From the NCBI GenBank assembly GCA_951406725.2, contig OX597828.1, positions 43,462,001-43,526,000 on the forward strand: 64,000 nt of DNA, in the 5' to 3' direction. The position numbers and the translations under genes are program-made. Origin of the DNA: Octopus vulgaris. Its lineage: Eukaryota. Numbering within the stretch: position 1 is the stretch's first letter; every line of letters starts with the position of its first letter. Below, piece after piece: positions 39,412 to 51,390 of the stretch. Under the pieces are notes generated by a model. The model was given only the letters and a program-made list of their open reading frames with translations. It did not search any database and was not told the origin of the DNA.

Positions 39412-40245
39412 ATAAGGATATAGTGATATATATTGGGAATGTCATGGTTAGATATAATTGGGAAGGATATTGCGAAGGACATAGTGTAATATATTGGGAA
39501 GGATATAGTGGAATAGATTGGGAAGGATATAGTGAAATATACTGGGAAGGATATAGTGGAATATATTGAGAAGGATATAGTGAAATATATTGGGAAGGAT
39601 ATAGTGAAATATATTGGGAAGGATATAGTGGAATATATTGGGAAGGATAAAGTGAAATATATTGGTAAATATATAGTGGAATATATTGGGAAGTACATAG
39701 TGGAATATATTGGGAAGGATATAGTGGAATATACTGGGAAGGATATAGTGGAATATATTGGGAAGGATATAGAGGAATATATTGGGAAGGATATAGTGTA
39801 ATATATTGGGAAGGATATAGTGGAATATATTGGGAAGGATATAGTGGAATATACTGGGAAGGATATAGTGGAATATATTGAGAAGGATATAGTGAAATAT
39901 ATTGGGGAGGACATATTGGAATATATTGGGAAAATTATAGTGAAATATATTGGGAAGGACATGGTGGAATATATTGGGGATGATATCATCATCATTGTTC
40001 GACCGTGGTCGAGACAATGGAATTTACCATGCTACGCCAGACTTCACGGTCCATCATGGCATTACGGAGGTCCTGTTGCTGGATGCCTGTATCTCTGGAG
40101 ATTACATCAAGGTAGGAGAGTGTGCGCCCTCTAGTATTGCGAGTAGATGGGAAGGATATAGTGGAATATATTGGGAAGGATATAGTAAAATATATTGGAA
40201 AGGACATATAATAAAATATATTGGGAAGGATATACTGCAATATGC
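39412..40245. repeat. 24-bp minisatellite (GGGAAGGATATAGTGGAATATATT)n, interrupted
   Basis: About 23 head-to-tail units at 39412-39980 and about 4 more at 40149-40245. Confidence 0.95.
39982..40151 (-). mobile_element. 5'-truncated RTE-like LINE 3' end
   Basis: Encodes PSTRNTRGRTLSYLDVISRDTGIQQQDLRNAMMDREVWRSMV...*, with the DRxxWR motif of RTE-clade C-termini, followed by a (TGA)n tail. Confidence 0.8.
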
Positions 40246-40448
40246 TACGCTATATAGAGGAAGACGTGACAGTAACAGCTGGAAAGTTTCGATCAAATGT
40301 CTGCTCGTCTAGTACTGATTTAAACCCTGCTGAACTTCAAAACAACCACAGCCAGCAATAATCACACACACGGTGCCAAGTGGGTCACTTTTGGTAAGCA
40401 GAACTGGTGATGTGGGACGAACCTACATAATCACACACACACACACAG

Positions 40449-40496
<48 letters not shown>

Positions 40497-40697
40497 ACTA
40501 ACACACTCACACACACTCACACGTATATGTAGGTGTGTATGTATATATGTATGGATGTGAGTGCATATATTCATATCTTTCTAAAGATATATTTATATGA
40601 ATCTATAATTAAGGATAATATCGATATTTAAATATCGATCTTATCAAGTGGCCAGCATGGGAATAAATACCATACAAAGGTAATAATTATTTAAAAC

Positions 40698-40912
40698 TAT
40701 AAATAAGGGTATCTGAGAGATACCACCATGCCGAAATAGCAGTCAAGACACCGACTCCAAAAACCACCTAAAATGTTCATATCGCGCCATGAGATAAGAC
40801 AGAGAGACAAATTAAGCTAGCAAAAAAGTTTTTTCTGGATAATTCAAGATCCTGGATTTCTGGTTTGCTTCCAATAAGCTCTGCCGTCGTCACTTGAATA
40901 TGCCAGATGGAT
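40698..40912 (-). mobile_element. pLTR-like element with a hammerhead motif at 40842-40899
   Basis: Minus strand ATTCAA-GTGACGA-cggcagagcttattggaagcaaacca-GAAA-TCC a GGA-TC-TTGAAT, with a 6-bp stem I and C3 mutated to G. Homologous to 47843. Confidence 0.6.
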
Positions 40913-40995
40913 ACATAAATACAATTATATATACAGAACATAGGTTATACTTACATATATGAACGTCCTTACATACATATATATGCACGTATGTA

Positions 40996-41026
<31 letters not shown>

Positions 41027-41030
<4 letters not shown>

Positions 41031-41701
41031 GGTCCCGGGTTGATTCGGGGTTAACCACAGTAAATAAGGTACTCAATACATAGCAGAGTAAAATTAATTT
41101 ATTATATAGAAGGAGCTTCTACAGGACTAGAACTGTTTCATTCAAGAGAAATCTTCAGGAAGCTAGTTAACAAGAATTGTATTGGCATTTATACATTTAG
41201 GCAGGTTTATAGGGGTGGTGGTGGGGGACTTTTTGGGGGTAGGCATAGCGCAAAAAAATCATACTTGGGGGAGTGGTCAAGGAGTCAGTGGTAAATTAGA
41301 TAGAAGAATAAATAAAAGAATAAAAAAAGAATAAAAAAATAAAAAAATATAAAATTATATAGAAGAATAGAGTTTTAGGTAAATAAGGAAATTCTTAACA
41401 CACACACATATACATACATATATCTACATATATATATCCATATATATATATATATACATATACATATACATACATACACATATACATGCATATACATATA
41501 CACACACACATGTATGTATACACACACACATGTATGTATACACACACACGACAACACATACACATACACACAAAAAAAATATATATACATACACACACAT
41601 ACACATACTCACATACACACACATATCCACAAACACACATGCACACACAACACACAAGTCCCTATATACTCATATATACATATACACATATATGTATGTA
41701 T

Positions 41702-41762
<61 letters not shown>

Positions 41763-42294
41763 CATATGTGTACCCATTCATACACATATATGTATGTATA
41801 CACACACACACATACATATATATACACATACATACATACATATGTGTACCTATTCATACCTACACATACACACATATATACATACAATTACAAACCCATT
41901 CCCTAATTTTAATTTTATTATCTTCATTTATTACTTTTGTTATCTTTGACCGCTGGTCACAAACATCTTGGCTAGTCCCTTTTATCTTTCTACTTGAACG
42001 CAAGCACTCACTCACGCACGCACACTCATTAGCACGCACACACACTCTCATTCGTACACTCATACACATACACGCACGCACGCGTTATATTCATACATAC
42101 ATACATCTACATACATACACGTATATACACATACATACGCGTACCTACAGATTCATGTCTACAATCTTAGAAGACTAGTCTATACATATACACCAAATAT
42201 ATATACACACATACATATACACCTACATACAAATACATACATACATATATATACACACATATATATATATATACATACACATATACACACACAC

Positions 42295-42329
<35 letters not shown>

Positions 42330-42524
42330 CACATATATACATATATATACATATACATATATATATATACACACATCCGCATACATACATACATACACCC
42401 ATACATACATACATATATACACACATACACACACCCACACGTATACATATACATACATATATATACGCGCATGCATACACATACAAATACATACATACAC
42501 ATACACATATACATATACATACAT

Positions 42525-42566
<42 letters not shown>

Positions 42567-42659
42567 CATTCACATACATACATACATATACATATATACA
42601 CACACACATACATACACATATACATATACACGCACATACACATATACATGCATATACAT

Positions 42660-42697
<38 letters not shown>

Positions 42698-43065
42698 ACA
42701 TATATATATACATATACATACACACACACATACACACATACACATATGTACACATACACACACATATTCACATATATATATATATCTATATATATATATA
42801 TATACATATATATACACACACACATATACATACACACACATATATACATACACACACATACATATATATATACATACACACACACACATATATATATACC
42901 CACACCTACACATACACATATATATATATACATATATACATACATATACACACATACACAGACACACATATATGTACATACATACACATACATATACATA
43001 TACATACACATATACATATACATATACACATGCACATACGTATAACTCTACATACCCACATATAC

Positions 43066-43096
<31 letters not shown>

Positions 43097-43395
43097 TATA
43101 TATATATATACACACACATATATATACACATATACATGTGCACACATACACACACACATATATACCCATCTACAATCTGTATATACACACACATACATGC
43201 ACATACACATAACTCTACATACCTACATATACATCGACATACTCGATATTTTTTTTGTGTGTATGTGTATGTGTGGTCGTGTGTGTGTATATATACATGT
43301 GTGTGTGTATATGTATATGCATGTATATGTGTATGTATATGTATATGTATATATATATATATATGGATATATATATGTAGATATATGTATGTATA

Positions 43396-43430
<35 letters not shown>

Positions 43431-43765
43431 GGGTGTGTGTGTATGTATGTGTGTATGTATATGTGTGTGTGTTGAGAATTTCCTTATTTACCTAAAACTC
43501 TATTCTTCTATATAATTTTATATTTTTTTATTTTTTTATTCTTTTTTTATTCTTTTATTTATTCTTCTATCTAATTTACCACTGACTCCTTGACCACTCC
43601 CCCAAGTATGATTTTTTTGCGCTATGCCTACCCCCAAAAAGTCCCCCCCCCTATAAACCTGCCTAAATGTATAAATGCCAATACAATTCTTGTTAACTAG
43701 CTTCCTGAAGATTTCTCTTGAATGAAACAGTTCTAGTCCTGTAGAAGCTCCTTCTATATAATAAA
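41027..43765. mobile_element. Large fold-back structure with about 480-bp inverted arms (about 300 bp unique plus mirrored microsatellite) around a 1.7-kb CA/TA spacer
   Basis: 41097-41580 is the reverse complement of 43249-43765, and the unique parts are nearly identical. (TA)n lies outside both arms. Confidence 0.9.
43699..43749 (+). ncRNA. Type-I hammerhead ribozyme (identical mirror copy at 41114-41164, minus strand)
   Basis: AGCTTC-CTGAAGA-T TTC tctt GAA T-GAAA-CAG ttctagtc CTG-TA-GAAGCT. It has a 6-bp stem I, canonical core, 4-bp stem III and GUA site. Stem II is short with a U.U closing pair. Confidence 0.8.
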
Positions 43766-43807
43766 TATATATATATATATATAAATATATATATATATAT
43801 GCGTGTG

Positions 43808-43853
<46 letters not shown>

Positions 43854-43926
43854 TGTGTATGTATGTATAATATATATATATATTGTATGCATATATGTGT
43901 GTTTATATATGTATATATGAATATAG

Positions 43927-44329
<403 letters not shown>

Positions 44330-44694
44330 TATATAATACATATTTCTCCCATTACAGTATACTGATTTCTCACATTTCATTTTGTGCCATAAAATGAGAG
44401 AGCGGGAGAGATTAAACGAAAGCCACAGGGAGAAAGTTAACGTAAGTGAAGGAAGATGCGTGCACACTCTAGGCTTTGTGGCAGGCTTTGAACACAGTAG
44501 GGTTACACTCACTGAGTGAGAGTGAAATAGTCGTAATGACTAAGGAGGAAGAGGGGAGGGAGTAAATGACAAAGTATATAAGGGGAAAGTTCAAAGTTTG
44601 AAGGGATAGGTGATCGATAGATCAATTAGCGATTATGTAGATACAACTTTAAAAAATATTGGCGTACATTTATTTACTGTTTTTGTTTCAACAG

Positions 44695-44892
44695 GCAGAA
44701 GGTGAACATTTTAGGGGCTGGGATTAGTTGATTATATGGACCCTAGTGCCCAACTGATGCATGTTTTATTGCTCACGAAAGGATGAAATGTAAAGTCAAA
44801 CTCATGTGGATTCGAACTCAGAACATAAAGACGGACGAAATGCCGCTAACCCTTTTCGCCTGACGTGTTAACGACTCTGCCAGTCCGCCACC
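44695..44892 (-). mobile_element. SINE family B, diverged
   Basis: CGAAAGGATGAAATGTAAAGTCAAACTC...TCGAACTCAGAAC...CTCTGCCAGTCCGCCACC. Confidence 0.7.
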
Positions 44893-45068
44893 CTATCACT
44901 AATAAATATTTATTGCAAATATGCAAATGAGAAATTAGTTTCTTTTTACGTTTATGCAATTGTTTTGAAAGATTCCTATTGTAAAATCGTGCGTTGAAAC
45001 ATATTGTTATATTTCAGGATGGTCATTGTTCATTTTTTTATTAACAAAGAAGACAAAAAAAAAAAGAA

Positions 45069-45465
45069 GGCTGTGTGGTAAGTAGCTTGCTTACCAACCA
45101 CATGGTTCTGGGTTCAGTCCCACTGTGTGGCATCTTGGAGAAGTGTCTTCTACTATAGCCTCGGGCCGACCAAAGCCTTGTGAGTGGATTTGGTAGATGG
45201 AAACTGAAGGAAGCCTGTCGTATATATGTACATATGTGTGTGTATGTTTGTGTGTATGTGTTTGTCCCCCTAGCATCGCTTGACAACCGATGCTGGTGTG
45301 TTTATGACCCTGTTACTTAGCGGTTCGGCAAAAGAGACCGATAGAATAAGTACTGGGCTTACAAAAGAATAAGTCCCGGGGTCGAGTTGCTCGATTAAAT
45401 GCAGTGTTCCAGCATGGCTGCAGTCAAATGACTGAAACAAGTAAAAGAGTAAATAGTAAGAGTAA
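45069..45465 (+). mobile_element. SINE family A, tandem copy 1
   Basis: Full body and tail. Confidence 0.9.
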
Positions 45466-45484
45466 AGAAGACAAAAAAAAAGAA

Positions 45485-45885
45485 GGCTGAGTGGTAAGTA
45501 GCTTGCTTACCAACCACATGGTTCTGGGTTCAGTCCCACTGTGTGGAACCTTGGAGAAGTGTCTTCTACCATAGCCTCCGGCCGACCAAAGCCTTATGAA
45601 TGGATTTGGTAGACGGAAACTGAAGGACATCCGTCGTATATATGTACATATGTGTGTGTATGTTTGTGTGTTTGTGTGTGTGTGTTTGCCCCACCCCAAC
45701 ATCACTTGACAACCGATGCTGGTATGTTTACGTACCCGTAACTTAGCGGTTCGGCAAAAGAGAGCGATAGAATAAGTACTAGGCTTACAAAGAATAAGTC
45801 CTGGGGGTCGATTTGCTCGAATAAAGGCGGTGCTCCAGCATAGCCGCAGTCAAATGACTGAAACAAGTAAGAGAGTAAAGAGTAA
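45485..45885 (+). mobile_element. SINE family A, tandem copy 2
   Basis: Full body and tail. Same upstream flank AAGAAGAC(A)nGAA as copy 1. Confidence 0.9.
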
Positions 45886-46264
45886 TCCGAATTATAACTG
45901 CATAGTTCGCTTTTCACTTTTATTTAAGATAATATTTATTCTTCTCCTGGAAATTAGTTAATGTCATTATTTTGTGTAAGAACTAAGAAACGTGATAATT
46001 TTAATTATATTGAATCTATGTATGTGATATTTCATGGTAGAAACGATGGAAGCAAAGTATACATATAAAGTTACGTCCTGTGAAAGGTTACACTCTACCT
46101 AATATAGATGTCATATCTGAATTTATCATTAATATAGCTTCAGTTATCTATGTAATACAGTGATTATGTCACTATGGAATTTTTATTAGAAGCAATTTAA
46201 TATAAAACATGAAATGTTTTGGAGAGAAAATGTATTTATGTATGAGTGAGTGAGAGAGCAGTGA

Positions 46265-46745
46265 ATGCTATATAAGTGACACTGGGGTAAAATATACGAA
46301 GCCAAATATACCCATCATGACCAATCGTCAGATAAGGGTACACCAGGAACATGCACCACAACCATATGTCAGCGACATAGTGACCTTATATGAAGAAAAA
46401 CAACGCATGACCTTGCAAGTGAGGTCCCGTTAGAATTTTCTTCAGGTCGAGTAGACCATCCCACTCAAAAGGCCCCTGATAAAAGGGTTGTCCTTGAATA
46501 AAGGTTGAATGAAACACTCATATTTTCCAGAGGTGAATTATCAAAACCCCAAAGAATTCCTCTCAACACATGGCTATGATGTCCCCCACTACTTCTGCTC
46601 GTGATCAGAGATGCACATATCTTCAGTCACTAAGGTCAAGCAAATCTGTGGTATTGAGCAGAATGTTTGCTGTAGCCCTAAACAATGTGCATGATAACAC
46701 TTCCGATCTGTTAAGATCAGAAGCCATGAAAGCCACTGCCTGGTG
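46265..46745 (-). mobile_element. Interspersed repeat family E (unclassified)
   Basis: 46645-46743 is the reverse complement of 48505-48620 (CAGTGGCT.TCATGGCTTCTG.TCTTAA), so the sequence is repetitive. The left boundary is approximate. Confidence 0.5.
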
Positions 46746-46883
46746 TATGTATCATGTATGTACCTATGTATTTTAATATGTATATATAATATATATACAT
46801 ATATATGTTATACATAATAAATATTTATAATCATATATGTTAATAAACATATGTATATATATATATGTGCACATATATAAGCA

Positions 46884-47236
46884 TGGCACTCCGTCGGTTA
46901 CAACAACAAGGGTTCTAGTTGATCCGATCAACGCAACAGCCTGCTCGTGAAATTAACGTTCAAGTGGGAGAACTAGCGTGACACAGAGTGTGACAAGTGT
47001 GTGTGTGTGTGGGGGGGGGCTTTGAAATACGGGTACAACAGAAACAGAAAGAAGGAGTGAGAGAATGTTGTGGTGAAAGAGTACAGCAGAGTTCGCCACT
47101 ACCACGCCCCTTCAGGAGACTCGTGGAGCTTTAGGTGTTTGCGCTCAATAAACACTCACAACGCCTGGTCGGGATTCGAAACCGCAATCCTACGACTGCG
47201 AGTCCACTACCCTAACAACTGGGCCATTGCACATCC
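46884..47236 (-). mobile_element. SINE family C
   Basis: TGGCACTCCGTCGGTTAC tail and GGGATTCGAAACCGC...CCTAACAACTGGGCCATTGC head. Confidence 0.85.
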
Positions 47237-47265
47237 ACATATATACATATACATACACACACACA

Positions 47266-47396
47266 CACTTGTTTTATTTATATTTCCTGAGCGCCATACT
47301 AATACAATTGTTTGTTTGTATTCCACCTGCCTTCGTCTTTTGTTTATTTCCGTAAACCTGCCTTCGTCTTTTGTCTATTTTCATAAAGCTTCCCGT

Positions 47397-47398
<2 letters not shown>
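47266..47398 (+). mobile_element. pLTR-like fragment related to the 36911 family
   Basis: TTTCCTGAGCG....TAATAC....TTCCAC motif order as at 36105-36140. Contains an internal duplication ACCTGCCTTCGTCTTTTGT and ends in (TA)n. Confidence 0.45.
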
Positions 47399-47427
<29 letters not shown>

Positions 47428-47842
47428 ATATATGTGTATATATATATATATCTATCTATATATATATATGTATATATATGTATTATATATATATATATAT
47501 GTATATATATGTGTATATATATATAATATATATGTGTGTGTGTGTATGTATATATATAATTCAAATGTACGGTTAAGTGTATGTTGGTGTACGAATTAGT
47601 ATATATGTTTGCCAGAGTGCATGCGTATGTATGTTTGCGTGCGTGTGTGCATATCTCCCTCTTTTATTCACCAGAGCTGTTGCTGCTATTTCCGATTAAT
47701 ATTTAAATATAGACGCTTCATCCAAATTTAAAGTTCGTGTTATAAAGTTCCTCTGTGTCAAGAATTTCTATGTCACATATAACACGTGAAATCGAGAAAA
47801 GATAATAGCTAACATCTTCCACATTTCAGGTATATATATATA

Positions 47843-48045
47843 TAATTATAATTAAGGGTATCTAAAAAAGACTACCATTCTAGAGATAGCAGTCAAAATT
47901 TGACTCAAAAGCCACAGCAAGTATGCATACAACACCAAGAGAAAAGACAATTAGACAAATAAATTAGCAAACAATTATTAGATAATCCTAGATTCAGATA
48001 TCTGGTATTGCATAAAAATATACTCTGCCTCATCAGTGGGATATA
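47843..48045 (-). mobile_element. pLTR-like element with a decayed hammerhead at 47985-48042
   Basis: Minus strand ATCCCA-CTGATGA-ggcagag...acca-GATA-TCTGA-ATC-TAGGAT. Shares TAAGGGTATCT and TAGCAGTCAA with 40698. Confidence 0.55.
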
Positions 48046-48074
48046 CACGTAAGTATTCGTATGGTGTGTGTATG

Positions 48075-48117
<43 letters not shown>

Positions 48118-48128
48118 TGTGTGTGTCT

Positions 48129-48420
48129 GAAGGCGCAATGGCTCAGTGGTTAGGGCAGCGGACTCGCGGGCGGAAGATCGCGGTTTCGATTCCCAGATCG
48201 GGCGTTGTGTGTGTTTATTGAACGAAAGCAACTAAAAGCTCCACGAGGCTCCGGCAGGGGATGGTGGTGACCCCTGTCGTACTCTTTTGCCACAACTTTC
48301 TGTCACTCTCCCTTCTTGTTTCTAGTGTAACGCTGCGATGGACTGGCGTCCCGTTCACGTGGGGAAAACACATACGCCACAGAAACAGGGAAACCGGGCA
48401 CATGAACCTGGCTAGGCTAC
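48129..48420 (+). mobile_element. SINE with family C head/body and a different 3' module
   Basis: Family C head, then AACGCTGCGATGGACTGGCGTCCCG...GAAACAGGGAAACCGGG. Confidence 0.85.
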
Positions 48421-48457
48421 TAACCCCAAGACTCCGAGTTCGATTCCAGGCAGTAAT

Positions 48458-48495
<38 letters not shown>

Positions 48496-49149
48496 CCTGA
48501 TGCAGTACCAGACAGTGGCTCTCATGGCTTCTGGTCTTAATTGATTGAAAGTGTTATAATGTACATTGTTTTGTTTGGTATTAAAGATGGACCACAGCAA
48601 ATATCTTCTCACCACCCCATTGTGCTGCTGCTGTCCTCGGACCCGAAAAAAAATTCTAGTCTTTATGATCACATATATGTTACTTTCATGGCCAAACATA
48701 AAATATTTTTTTCTATTCCAGAGGCCTTGCTGTCTTATTTAAAACGGAAAGCTGCTTCCACACTTATTTTATAAAAACACCGCATGCAATGATGGTAGAC
48801 CTCTTATCTTTCGAAGGTGAGAATTCGGTTTTACTTGTATCTGTTGTATTTCCTGCTCCAGAATTAAAGTTAATACGGTTAAGCATTATACAGACGCATG
48901 TACTTTTAATGAAACCTCTAATGCAGTATGAGACTAACTCGGTGTGTATGAGAGACGGTTGAATAGTTTGAATTATAAGTAGACATAAATCGACGTGCTT
49001 CCATACATTTCCTGTCAATCCAGTTTCATTCACAAGGTAAGATTCGTCCCAAGACTTACCTTTGCGTACACATACACATGCAAACACCACGACACACAAA
49101 GGTGCGAGGAACTACATGCACACACACACTCACACATACACACACGCAC

Positions 49150-49199
<50 letters not shown>

Positions 49200-49201
49200 G
49201 T

Positions 49202-49420
49202 GGAGGTACGTGGCTTAGTGGTTAGGGTTTCGATTCCTGGACCAGGCGACGCGTTATGTTCTTGAGCAAAACACTTCATTTCACGTTGCACCAGTCTACT
49301 CATCTGGCAAAAATGAGTAACGCTGCCTTGGACTGGCGTCCCGTTCAGCTGGGGAACACATACGCCATAGAAACCGGGAAACCGGGCCCATAACCCTGAC
49401 TAGGCTTTAAAAGTGCGCAT
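49202..49420 (+). mobile_element. SINE with family D-type body and the same 3' module as 48129
   Basis: GTTCTTGAGCAAAACACTTCATTTCACGTTGC body, then GGACTGGCGTCCCGTTCAG...GAAACCGGGAAACCGGG. Confidence 0.8.
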
Positions 49421-49441
49421 TTATTTATTTTACACACACAC

Positions 49442-49495
<54 letters not shown>

Positions 49496-49499
<4 letters not shown>

Positions 49500-49852
49500 A
49501 AATAAGAAAATGAAGAAATGCAACTTAATCAATAATCAACTACCAGATAATACCCAATAACATAATTTATTAAACCACCACATATGAACATTAAGGTCAG
49601 TGGTTTAATAAATTATGTGATTGGGTATTATCTGGTAGTTGATTATTGATTAAGGTGCATTTCTTCATTTTCTTATTTTGTATTATAAATTTGTGGTAAA
49701 ACATTTTACCTTTGCCCATATAATACAATAAATGAATTAATTGCATCACAATTCTTAACATTTATGTATTAACTTTGTTGGGTGCTTTACTGGCAGTACA
49801 TTGGATATATGTTATCCCATGGTGGATTGCACTCACAACCTCTATCTCAATT

Positions 49853-49855
<3 letters not shown>
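49496..49855. mobile_element. Fold-back element in (TA)n
   Basis: Near-perfect inverted arms about 49496-49578 and 49601-49683 with a loop of about 22 nt, then a unique extension to (TA)n. Confidence 0.8.
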
Positions 49856-49890
<35 letters not shown>

Positions 49891-50213
49891 ACATATATAT
49901 ATGAGGGATTACCACTAAGATGATTTAGTGGTCATCCCTCTTTTATGTATATATAAATATAAATATATCTATTTATTCATAGACACGTAGACTTATTCAT
50001 AGACACGTATACATTCATATTTACGCACACACATGCGCGTACGAAAGTATAAGTATAAACCTTTACATTATGAATATAAATTAATATTTCTTAAATAAAG
50101 GATTCAATACTGGTTAAGATTAAAAATTGTTATGAGTGAGGTTTCTCGCTCATATAGCAACATGCCCTTAAAAAGTAAGACACAAAACAATGCGTATGTG
50201 TATGTGTGTGTGA

Positions 50214-50284
<71 letters not shown>

Positions 50285-50871
50285 AGGTTCTTATATAGTC
50301 TGATAAAAGACTGAATATATATGTTGGGGATGCCTTTGATCATAGAGATCAGCGGAATCAAAACGGAGATCTGCTTTTATCCACCTGATCTAGGGTCAAA
50401 AACGAACAAAATTCAACACGGTATATTGGATTTTGCGTAGATTATTCAATCGATTTTACGTCAGATATTCCTGGAAATGTTAGATTAAAAAAACTCGGGG
50501 AGGCTAACTTGGAAGTCAGAGCCGACCTGTATACACGTAGGCACACATGTACACACAAACATACATGAATGCGCCCATATATACGCACTGAGAAATAGAC
50601 GCGTACACCTATGTGAATATACACATATTCCAACACAGATAGGTTTATACATATATATATACACATATACGTAAATATTGTACTATGAAATGAGTGCTCA
50701 ACACCGCATTGGTGGATACATAATTTGTTTTTAGTGAATTAAGGCTACCATTGGTTTCATGTTGAGAAAAGTAGGAAAACATTCTAGTGTCTTAACCATC
50801 TTTCAAGCCAGTCACATGAAGAAACGTGTTCGGCTCCATTCTGGAAAACAGATTCGCATGCAGCAGTAATA

Positions 50872-51208
50872 TACGAGGGTGAGTCAAAAAGGAATGCCAT
50901 TTTGTTTAGGACAGGTATAATTACCAATACAGGAACATGTATCATGCATCAAAATGAAGCTGGTCCTCTGTGAATCACATCCCTACTTCTCAACATGGTC
51001 ACCGTTTCTCTCAATAGCAATGTTCCACCTTCGAATGAGAGCATGTATCCCTGCCCCGTAAAATTATTTTCACTACAGTTTTCACTTCCTCGTTACTGGA
51101 CTATCATATCTTCGGCTCCATGAAAAAGGGTTTGAGAGGCAAATATTATTCCAGTGACGAGGAAATGAAAACTGCAGTGAAGAAGTGGCTCCATGAACAG
51201 CCAACTTT
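50872..51208. mobile_element. Rearranged mariner 3' remnant
   Basis: TIR-like TACGAGGGTGAGTCAAAAA. Minus strand FYGAGIHALIRRWNIAIERNGDHVEK*, plus strand [34 protein letters not shown]. Confidence 0.8.
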
Positions 51209-51286
51209 CTTGGATATGGAAATGGTTTTTGGTAAGACCAGAATATATCAAGTACTTTTATTTGTCATTGATTATACATACATACA

Positions 51287-51347
<61 letters not shown>

Positions 51348-51348
51348 T

Positions 51349-51388
<40 letters not shown>

Positions 51389-51390
51389 CA

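Noticed and set aside
39412-39980. CRISPR-like array
   Set aside because: Units are head-to-tail with no unique spacers, the context is eukaryotic, and there are no cas genes.
39282-40017. 237-aa (TISFPIYS)n and 189-aa (NIFHYILP)n ORFs as a repeat protein
   Set aside because: Several frames on both strands are open simply because the 24-bp unit lacks stops. An antisense or in-frame LINE insertion interrupts the array and there is no coding signal.
40708-40752. Plus-strand hammerhead reading CTGAGAGA...GAAATAGCAGTC
   Set aside because: Core spacing is wrong, stems are poor, and homologues at 47850 and 44095 do not keep it. The real motif is on the minus strand at 40842-40899.
44395-44520. 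Possible first exon or promoter with a GTAAGT donor
   Set aside because: The motifs are short and expected by chance, and there is no supporting evidence.
48129-48200. Functional tRNA genes at SINE heads (also 7932, 54635 and 62780-62846)
   Set aside because: They have A/B boxes but no proper acceptor stem and run straight into multicopy SINE bodies.
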